Positions 56,867 through 64,000 of a stretch of DNA of 64,000 nucleotides are shown one piece after another. The DNA comes from Candidatus Binatia bacterium (GTDB lineage: Bacteria; Desulfobacterota; Binatia; HRBIN30), in the NCBI GenBank assembly GCA_038245295.1, contig JBBRSP010000007.1:96001-160000 (forward strand). The letters are read 5' to 3'. Position numbers and translations under genes: made by a program. Every line of letters begins with the position of its first letter. The first letter of the stretch is position 1. The notes beneath the pieces are model-generated. The model saw only the letters and a program-made list of their open reading frames with translations, was not told the DNA's origin and searched no databases.

Positions 56867-59800
56867 ATGCACTGCCCTCAATGCGGAACCCAAGTGCTGG
56901 AAGGCAAATCCTTCTGCCACGCCTGCGGCACCCGCCTCGGCGAGCAATGCAAAAGCTGCGGGGCGACGGTCGAGCCTGGATTCAAGTTCTGCCCCGACTG
57001 CGGCCAACCCCTGCAAGCCGCCAATGGCGCGCAGCCGCCGTCACCGCTCGCCAAACCGGCGGCCGCGGCGCCCCCGGTGGCCCCGCCCAGCGTTGATATC
57101 CCGGAAGCGTTGGCCCAGAAAATTCGCGCCTCACGAGACGCGATCGAAGGTGAGCGTAAGCTGGTGACGGTCTTGTTCTGCGACCTCGCCGGCTCGACGG
57201 CGATGGCGGAGAAACTCGATCCGGAAGAATACCACGACCTGCTGGACGAGTATCTGGAGATCGCCTTCCGCGAGATCTACCGCCTCGAGGGAATCGTCAA
57301 CCAGATCGCCGGCGATGGATTCATGGCTTTGTTCGGAGCCCCCATCGCGCACGAAGATGCGCCGCAACGCGCCGTGCGCGCCGCCATCGAGATTCATCAC
57401 AACCTCTTCGAGCTGGACGGGCGACTGCAGCGTACGCGCGGGCTGGCCCTGAACGCTCGCGTCGGCATCAATACCGGCCCCGTCGTGGTTGGCAGTGTCG
57501 GCAGCGACTTGCGCATGGATTACAGCGCCATTGGCGACACGACCAATCTGGCGGCGCGCCTCGAATCGTTGGCGCAGCCCGGCTCGATCCTCGTCAGCGA
57601 GTCGACGCACCGGCTGCTGCGCGGATCATTCATCACCGAGTCGGTCGGCCCGCTGACTGTCAAAGGCAAGAGCGAAGCGGTGTCGGCGTTCAGGATCATC
57701 GGCGAGCGCGTCGTATCGCCCGGCACCGCCGACCTGGCGCATTCGGCCGACGGCGGCCTGACACCGTTCGTCGGCCGCGACGCCGAGATCCAGCAGATGC
57801 TCAGCTGCTTCGATCGCGTCAGCGAAGGCCTGCCTCAATTGGTCACCATCGTATCCGAAGCCGGGCTGGGGAAGTCGCGCCTCGTCTACGAGTTCAAGGA
57901 GCTTTTGCAGGACAAACGGGTCGTCTGGTTCGAAACACGCTGCTCGGCCTGGAATCAGATGGCGCCTTATTACCCGTGGGTGACCATGCTGCGCCGCTTT
58001 TTCGACGTCGGCGCCGAGGATCCGCCCGAGCTCGTGCGGGCAACGATCGCCAAGCGCATCAAGGCCTGGGATCCAAATCTGTCCAACGCCTATCCTTGGC
58101 TCTGTCGCCTCCTGGCTGTTTGGGATGGCTCCGATTCGACACCGACCGAGGAAGGCAAGCTGCGTAGTTTCGAAGCGATCACGCAGTTGGTGTTCTCCGA
58201 AGGCGACATGACGAGCCCGGTCGTGATGGTGATCGAAGACCTGCACTGGATGGATGAAGCGTCGCTCGAAATGATCAACGAGGCGACATCGCGCATGGGC
58301 TCCGGACCGATCATGATGGTGCTGACGCACCGACCAGACTTCCATCATCCCTGGAGGACACACGCCGCGTTTACGCAAATGCGTTTGCGACGCCTGAGCG
58401 ACGCGCACGTCGCGGAATTGCTGAACGGGTTGACGGGTGGGCTGCCGGGTGATCTCGAAGCGCGCATCCGCGAGAAGGCCGAGGGCAGCCCCTTCCTCAT
58501 CGAGGAAATCACGCGCTCGCTGATTGAGGACGGCACCCTGTCGTGTGATGGTGATCGCTGTCATCTGACGCGGCCCGTCGAAGAAATCCGTCTGCCCGGA
58601 ACCGTGCAAGAAGTCATCGCAGCTCGGCTCGATCGCCTGGAGAACAATGCCAAGCGGGTGCTGCAGGTCGCCGCCGTGCTCGGACGGCAATTCTCGCGCT
58701 CCCATCTGAAACGCTTATTCGAGGACGAATTCGTAGACGTCGACGCCGAGTTGGCCGACCTGGAGCGCCGCGGCATCGTGCATCGCCGCAACTTGTTCTC
58801 GCAGGACGAGTTCCGCTTCGGCGAGAGCCTGACCCAAGAGGTCGCCTACGAAGGGTTGCTGCTGAAGCAGCGACGACAATTGCACGAGCGGATCGGGCGC
58901 CTGCTGGAGTCGGCTGCGGGCGCCGCCGACGCCGAACGCACCGCGTTGATCACGCATCACTTCGGCCGTAGCGACAACCTGAGCAAATCCATTCACGCCA
59001 TGTTGCATTCGGCGCGCGAGGCCGAAACGGTGCCTGCCTATGCGACCGCCGCAAAACTCTACCGCGATGCGTGGGACAGCGCGTTGCTCGCCATGGAGCG
59101 CGGCGAGAAGGGTGAGTTTCGCGATCTGGCGCTTCAGGCCGTCAACGGCGTCGGGCGCATGGCCGTGATCTACAATGTTCCCGATCCCGGCGACAATAAA
59201 GCGGTGGTCGCACGCGCCGCCGAGCTCGCCGAAGAAGCCGGCAGCGTCGGCATGCTGGCGAGCATTCGCACCTTCCAGGGAATGATGATGATGCGCGGCG
59301 ACGCCGTTGCCTTTGCGCGCGGGCTGGCGCTCGCCGAGGACGGCTTGGCAATCGCGCAGAAGGCGGGCCTGCGCGACGTGGCGGCGTTCCAGGCCCGCGG
59401 GGTTGCCTGGGCCTACACCCTCGATGCGCGCTTCGATATCGCCTTGCGCATGATTGATTGGGCGCTCGCCGAGATGGAGGAAAAGGGTCCGGCGGCGCGC
59501 GCCACGGACATCTATTGCTCAGCCCGCTGGATGCGCGAACGCATTTGCTTTTATGCCGACAATTTCGAATCCCCCATCGCGGCGTTCCCCAGTTGCTACG
59601 CGCTCGCCGAATCGATCGGCAACCGTACGATCCGCAGCGCCTCGTCGTCGGCGATGTCCCATCTCTGCTTGATTCAGGGCAAGTACGAAGAAGCCTTGGT
59701 ACACGCAGAACGTAGCCTGGAGATTGCCTTGGCATTAGGCCACGCCGTCAGCGCCGCCACGCCGGCGGCGGTTTCGATCATCGCCTCGCGCGAGATCGGC

Positions 59801-60292
59801 CGGCAGATTTCGACGCAACGGATGGTGGCGATCATGGAGAAATCGCAGGTGTCGGGTGCCGATGTCGCCCTCAATTCACCGATCTGTGTCGAGGCACTGC
59901 TGGCCGTTGGCCTCATCGCCCAGGCCGAAGAGTGGGCGACGATGTCGGAGGTCTCAGGAGGAGGTGCGCTGCAACGCATGCACACGGCCCTGGCCGTCGC
60001 TGAAGTGGCCTGCGCCGGTGGCCGTGATGGTCTCAGCGAAGCCCACCGCGCCTTCGAGCGCGCCATCGAGCTGGCCGAAGCGGCCAACGTGCGCAGCGTC
60101 ATAGCGCAAGCGCGCCTGGGGCTTGCCAACATTGCCTTCCAGAGTGGCAATACACGCGGTGGCATCGATCAACGCAACCGCGCCGTTGCTATCGCCCGCG
60201 AACTCGGCCTCGAGCATCTCGTGCGTCGCGCTGCCCGGCTCGACGCCGAACGGCTCGAAGGCGAACCGGCGGCCAATGACCTGGCCATCTAA
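56867..60292 (+). CDS. double zinc ribbon + class III nucleotide cyclase + AAA/STAND ATPase + TPR-like protein
   Basis: Four CxxCG; LFCDLAGST, GDGFMALFG and GDTTNLAARL; Walker A SEAGLGKS; Walker B VIEDLHW; helical repeat C-terminus. Confidence 0.9.
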   Translation: MHCPQCGTQVLEGKSFCHACGTRLGEQCKSCGATVEPGFKFCPDCGQPLQAANGAQPPSPLAKPAAAAPPVAPPSVDIPEALAQKIRASRDAIEGERKLVTVLFCDLAGSTAMAEKLDPEEYHDLLDEYLEIAFREIYRLEGIVNQIAGDGFMALFGAPIAHEDAPQRAVRAAIEIHHNLFELDGRLQRTRGLALNARVGINTGPVVVGSVGSDLRMDYSAIGDTTNLAARLESLAQPGSILVSESTHRLLRGSFITESVGPLTVKGKSEAVSAFRIIGERVVSPGTADLAHSADGGLTPFVGRDAEIQQMLSCFDRVSEGLPQLVTIVSEAGLGKSRLVYEFKELLQDKRVVWFETRCSAWNQMAPYYPWVTMLRRFFDVGAEDPPELVRATIAKRIKAWDPNLSNAYPWLCRLLAVWDGSDSTPTEEGKLRSFEAITQLVFSEGDMTSPVVMVIEDLHWMDEASLEMINEATSRMGSGPIMMVLTHRPDFHHPWRTHAAFTQMRLRRLSDAHVAELLNGLTGGLPGDLEARIREKAEGSPFLIEEITRSLIEDGTLSCDGDRCHLTRPVEEIRLPGTVQEVIAARLDRLENNAKRVLQVAAVLGRQFSRSHLKRLFEDEFVDVDAELADLERRGIVHRRNLFSQDEFRFGESLTQEVAYEGLLLKQRRQLHERIGRLLESAAGAADAERTALITHHFGRSDNLSKSIHAMLHSAREAETVPAYATAAKLYRDAWDSALLAMERGEKGEFRDLALQAVNGVGRMAVIYNVPDPGDNKAVVARAAELAEEAGSVGMLASIRTFQGMMMMRGDAVAFARGLALAEDGLAIAQKAGLRDVAAFQARGVAWAYTLDARFDIALRMIDWALAEMEEKGPAARATDIYCSARWMRERICFYADNFESPIAAFPSCYALAESIGNRTIRSASSSAMSHLCLIQGKYEEALVHAERSLEIALALGHAVSAATPAAVSIIASREIGRQISTQRMVAIMEKSQVSGADVALNSPICVEALLAVGLIAQAEEWATMSEVSGGGALQRMHTALAVAEVACAGGRDGLSEAHRAFERAIELAEAANVRSVIAQARLGLANIAFQSGNTRGGIDQRNRAVAIARELGLEHLVRRAARLDAERLEGEPAANDLAI

Positions 60293-60312
60293 GTAGGCCA
60301 TCCGGCCCGTGG

Positions 60313-61278
60313 TCAAATGATCAACGCGGCCTTGCCGGTGACGCGACGGCCCAGCTGATCGTGCAGGGCGCGCGCCGCATCGGCGAGCGCATACTCGTGC
60401 GGGGCGATGGGCGACAGTTTGCGGTCGCCGATCTGCTGCAACACGTCGCGCAGCAGGGCACGGTTGGCGTCCGGGTCAGACATCGACCAGGCTCCCCAGT
60501 CAACACCGATCACCGATCGATTGCGCAGCAGGATGTGATTGAGCGGCAGACGTGGGATGGGTCCGGCGGCAAACCCGATCACCAGGAAGCGGCCCCCTGG
60601 AGCTAATACACGCAGGCCAACCTCCGAGAGATCACCACCGACGGGATCATACACAACGTCGATGGTTCCCAGCTGGCGAATTCGATCCTTCAGATCGCCG
60701 GCCGTCGAGTCGATCACCGCATCCGCACCGGCGGCCGCGGCGGCGACGCGTTTCTCCTCTGAGGAAGCGGCGGCGATGACACGTGCTCCCAACATCTTGC
60801 CGACATCGACGGCGGCTAGCCCGACACCGCCGCCGGCCCCGAACACCAGCAGGGTTTCACCAGCGCCGAGGGCGATCCGGCGCGTCAAAGCGAACCACGC
60901 GGTGCAATAACTCTGCATACACGTGGCGGCGCGCGCGAAGTCGAGCTCGGCTGGAATCTTCATCGCTTGCTCGGGGAAGACGGCGATCTGCTCAGCGAAT
61001 CCACCAAGCCCCGTCGTCGCCAAGACGCGATCACCGGCGGCAAACGCAGTCACACCGTCACCCACGGCGCTCACAACCCCGGCCACTTCGCTGCCGGGCG
61101 TAAACGGCAACGGCGGTTTGATCTGGTACTTGCCCATGACAAACAATCCGTCCACGAAGTTGACGCCGGCTGCTTTGACGTTGATGAGGATCTGCCCCGG
61201 CCGAGCTTCCAGCGCCGGTCGTTCTTCGATCTCGAGGAGATCCGGCGAACCGATCTCCGTGCAAACAACAGCGCGCAT
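60313..61278 (-). CDS. NADPH:quinone oxidoreductase family (zinc-independent MDR)
   Basis: AAGVNFVD, PFTPGSE, GAGGGVG, YDPVGG and IGFAAG.IP. Confidence 0.9.
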   Translation of the reverse strand: MRAVVCTEIGSPDLLEIEERPALEARPGQILINVKAAGVNFVDGLFVMGKYQIKPPLPFTPGSEVAGVVSAVGDGVTAFAAGDRVLATTGLGGFAEQIAVFPEQAMKIPAELDFARAATCMQSYCTAWFALTRRIALGAGETLLVFGAGGGVGLAAVDVGKMLGARVIAAASSEEKRVAAAAAGADAVIDSTAGDLKDRIRQLGTIDVVYDPVGGDLSEVGLRVLAPGGRFLVIGFAAGPIPRLPLNHILLRNRSVIGVDWGAWSMSDPDANRALLRDVLQQIGDRKLSPIAPHEYALADAARALHDQLGRRVTGKAALII

Positions 61279-61306
61279 GGTGTCTCTCCTCCTGGCGCGG
61301 CTCGTC

Positions 61307-61921
61307 TCAGGCAAGCAGCGGAATCAGCTCAGGGAGTCTGGTGACGCGGATGTCGCCCGGTCCGTGCTCGCCAAAGCCGACAAAATGCATGCCCGCCGCC
61401 TGCGCCGCCTGTTGATCCGTCGGCGCGTCGCCGACATAGACGGCGCTGCCCGGCGCCACACCCATGGTCTGCAGACAGTGCAGCAGCATGTCGGGATGCG
61501 GTTTTGGGCGCGGCACGTCATTAATCCCGACGACGCATTCGAAGAGCGGCGCCAAACCAAACCGGCGCGCCACTTCGGCCGCGGTGAAACCTCGGTTAGT
61601 CGCCATGGCGAGGCGGTAGCGCGTTCGCAGCTGCGCCAGCGTCGCATGCAGATCGGCCATCGGCTGCATCATTAAGTAAAACGGCTCGTAGTCGGTGGCC
61701 AAGGCGACACGCCGGGCTTCGACGACGCGCTCCCTGTCATCACCAAACAAGCGTTCGAACAACTGCTGTGACGACAACTGGTGTCCGACACGCTCCAACT
61801 CCGCGGTCATCGGCGCGCAGCCGAGCGCGGCCAAGACAGCATTGTAATAGGCGACGTTGGCTGCGAGCGAGTCGAACAGCACCCCATCGCAATCGAAGAT
61901 GACCGCCTCGACCTGTTTCAT
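61307..61921 (-). CDS. HAD phosphatase (phosphoglycolate phosphatase-like)
   Basis: FDCDGVL, ATNR, KPHPD and VGDAPTD; ATGA overlap with the upstream gene. Confidence 0.88.
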   Translation of the reverse strand: MKQVEAVIFDCDGVLFDSLAANVAYYNAVLAALGCAPMTAELERVGHQLSSQQLFERLFGDDRERVVEARRVALATDYEPFYLMMQPMADLHATLAQLRTRYRLAMATNRGFTAAEVARRFGLAPLFECVVGINDVPRPKPHPDMLLHCLQTMGVAPGSAVYVGDAPTDQQAAQAAGMHFVGFGEHGPGDIRVTRLPELIPLLA

Positions 61922-62460
61922 CGGCGTGTCGCTTGCGCAGTGCCCTTGTCGATCGGCGCGGGCGGCATCTGCAGTTGCCACAAGCTGCTGAGCTCGGGAT
62001 ACGTCACGGCAAACCAAAGACCCAGCGGACCGACGACAAACGCCACGAGGCCCGAGAACACACCGAGGGTATCCTTGAGAGTATTCGGGTCGTTCATGAT
62101 GACCGGATACAACAGGACAATCACGACATGGATCAGGAAGAAACCGAGCACGCCCAGACTGGTAGCAATCAGCATGCGGCGCGGCCGCAACCCTGGTGTG
62201 GCTACAATGAGCGCGACAAGCGGCATGAGCGCCATGGAGAGAGCGGTAAGCTGGATCTGCAGCGGCATCTCGATCCCGGCATGGCGAAAGACTTCCTTGT
62301 TCGGACCGTATTCCAGAAACCACCCATTGAGGTACGGGCTCACCACGGCGGCGCACGCCAAGACGGCATTGCGATAGGCGCCGGCGACATCGACGGCGTG
62401 CCACACACCCACCATGACGGCAAAACTTCCGAGGAACAGCAGAGCGAAACGTCCCTTCAT
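61918..62460 (-). CDS. exosortase-associated membrane protein (non-catalytic, exosortase-like topology)
   Basis: Four TM segments; ALIVATPG motif; lacks the Cys/Arg/His triad; ATGA-coupled to the exosortase gene. Confidence 0.65.
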   Translation of the reverse strand: MKGRFALLFLGSFAVMVGVWHAVDVAGAYRNAVLACAAVVSPYLNGWFLEYGPNKEVFRHAGIEMPLQIQLTALSMALMPLVALIVATPGLRPRRMLIATSLGVLGFFLIHVVIVLLYPVIMNDPNTLKDTLGVFSGLVAFVVGPLGLWFAVTYPELSSLWQLQMPPAPIDKGTAQATRR

Positions 62461-62939
62461 CGACGCGCCCACTCCACCCAGGTAATCGAGTAGAGAGTCA
62501 CCATCATCAGGAAGATTCCCTGCCACACATACTCGTGGAAGTAGACGAACATCGATGGGTAGTACTCCACGAGTCGTACAAGCGTGGCGATGCGCAGAAT
62601 GTTCACCAACGTCAGAGCGACGATGCCGACGGCAATCCCGGCGAGCCGCATGCCCCAACGCGCCGGGTAGGCGACGATGAAACTGATGAGCACGAAGAAA
62701 ACGAAAATGCCGGTGCACTCGTGGTTGATGTTCAGGCTCATGCCCTGAACGCTGATGTAGTTCCCGTCCACTATTTGCGCTGGGCTGCCGGTAAGGCGCG
62801 CCAACCACGTTGATGCGGCAGCGATGGATTCTTCGAGCAAACGGAGATGGTTCTGCAGGTCGACGACCACCGCGAAGACGCTGAAGCCCAGAAGGCATAA
62901 GAAGAAGACGGCAGCAAAGCGGCTGATCGAGCGATTCAT
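62457..62939 (-). CDS. exosortase/archaeosortase family transpeptidase (XrtH-like)
   Basis: Catalytic Cys (INHECTG), Arg (NILRI) and His (FHEYVWQ) in a 160-aa multi-TM protein. Confidence 0.85.
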   Translation of the reverse strand: MNRSISRFAAVFFLCLLGFSVFAVVVDLQNHLRLLEESIAAASTWLARLTGSPAQIVDGNYISVQGMSLNINHECTGIFVFFVLISFIVAYPARWGMRLAGIAVGIVALTLVNILRIATLVRLVEYYPSMFVYFHEYVWQGIFLMMVTLYSITWVEWARR

Positions 62940-63103
62940 GAAGTGCCGAACCTAGTCGGTGTGGCAACCGGCGGCAAGCGATCACCCGCGCCCGCGTACA
63001 AACGGTAGGGGTCTAAGCTACAACGTACAGGTGCGCTCCGAAGCGGATGTGAATCTGTTCCCGTCGCAGGGTCGGTAAACACGCAACAGGATCGTGTGTG
63101 AAC

Positions 63104-63137
63104 AAGGGGCGCGGATGGCAAATCCGCGCCCCTTTGT
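63104..63137 (+). terminator. perfect 13-bp hairpin just upstream of the tauE-family gene
   Basis: aaggggcgcggat-ggcaa-atccgcgcccctt followed by tgt; ends about 18 nt before the ATG. Confidence 0.6.
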
Positions 63138-63153
63138 GCTCTAGTCCGGCCCA

Positions 63154-63915
63154 ATGTCCGAAGCCCTGGCATGGTTTGGCTTCACGCCCGTCGAGGCGTT
63201 GGCGGCGACGCTCGTCCTGTTCGTCGCGGCGCTCGTGCGGGGCTTCGGGGGCTTCGGTTTTTCGATGGTGGCCGTGACCGGGATGTCGTTGTTCTACCCA
63301 CCGGCGCACGTCATTCCGATGGTGTTGTTGCTGGAGGTCCTCGCCAGTGTGCACATGCTGCCGAGTACCTGGCGCCATATCGACTGGCATTCCCTACGTT
63401 GGCTATTGATGGGTGCGCTGATCGCCACACCGCTGGGCGTGTGGGCCCTGGCAATCGCACCGCCCAACGCGATGCGCGCCGTAGTTTCGCTAGCCGTACT
63501 GGTCGGCGCGATCGCCCTGCGCAGCGGTTGGAAACCTCAGCGCGCCCCCAGCAACGGAGAGATTCTGGCCGCCGGTGCGTTATCCGGCCTTCTCAACGGC
63601 GCCGCTTCCATCGGCGGGCCGCCGGTAATTCTCTTCTACTTCTCGTCGCCGGCGGCAATCAGCGTGTCGCGAGCATCCTTAATCGCCTATTTCATGTTCA
63701 GCGACATCATCGCCCTGGGTTGGGGTAGCGTCTTCGGTCTACTCGACGGCAGCGCTGTCTCGAGAGCCTCGCTGCTCGCCATCCCGGTCGCCGCAGGTAT
63801 CGCCCTCGGTCAGCACCGCTTCCGCGCAACGGAGGCCGATGCTTTCCGGCGCGCCGTCTTACTCATCCTGATCGTGCTCTCCGCGCTCGGCGTCGGGCGG
63901 GCCCTCCTCGGCTAA
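63154..63915 (+). CDS. sulfite exporter TauE/SafE family permease
   Basis: VRGFGGFG and GLLNGAASIGGPP internal repeat; about 8 TM segments. Confidence 0.85.
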   Translation: MSEALAWFGFTPVEALAATLVLFVAALVRGFGGFGFSMVAVTGMSLFYPPAHVIPMVLLLEVLASVHMLPSTWRHIDWHSLRWLLMGALIATPLGVWALAIAPPNAMRAVVSLAVLVGAIALRSGWKPQRAPSNGEILAAGALSGLLNGAASIGGPPVILFYFSSPAAISVSRASLIAYFMFSDIIALGWGSVFGLLDGSAVSRASLLAIPVAAGIALGQHRFRATEADAFRRAVLLILIVLSALGVGRALLG

Positions 63916-64000
63916 CAAAGCGGGCGTCGATCAGGCAAGCTCGCCACGAGCGCTGAGAATCACGCGCCCACCAACCTCCACGGTAACAGCCCCGGCGTCG

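Noticed and set aside
63104..63137. c-di-GMP-I riboswitch suggested by GGCAAA
   Set aside because: GGCAAA is only the loop of a simple hairpin; the GNRA/receptor two-stem architecture is absent.

Overview
GC-rich, densely coding bacterial window. I found no rRNA, tRNA, CRISPR array, transposase or integrase. The dockerin-like 'C-x-GDC...VTIDEL' tail, DUF4215 repeats and hpnK suggest a Binatia/deltaproteobacteria-like diderm (inference only). From left to right: (1) the end of an MdtBC-type RND efflux operon with its outer-membrane factor; (2) a ~13 kb urea locus behind a sigma-54-type promoter, comprising porin, urtABCDE, ureDABCEFG and an unknown lipoprotein, with palindromic repeats in two junctions; (3) a decayed SDR, an orphan histidine kinase, a GST, a desaturase and an AraC-linked extradiol dioxygenase/SDR/flavin monooxygenase unit; (4) the best candidate for a new system, a coupled minus-strand operon (NTP-transferase, ATP-grasp protein, class-III aminotransferase, Gfo/Idh/MocA dehydrogenase, CDP-alcohol phosphotransferase, LPG-synthase/HpnL-type membrane protein) followed by HpnK, which looks like a route to an amino-cyclitol/amino-polyol lipid head group and is interrupted by a HEPN-MNT toxin-antitoxin insert; (5) GlpD, an alkyl-DHAP-synthase-like flavoenzyme and an atypical glycerol kinase; (6) a 9-heme cytochrome with a dockerin-like tail, and a Cys-repeat surface protein with an IPTL-like 'APAMS' sorting signal whose likely exosortase and accessory protein lie 10 kb away; (7) an acyl-CoA dehydrogenase pair, a SAMHD1-like HD protein next to a cyclase-ATPase-TPR protein, and a TauE exporter. 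All functional calls come from reading motifs by eye; no searches were run.
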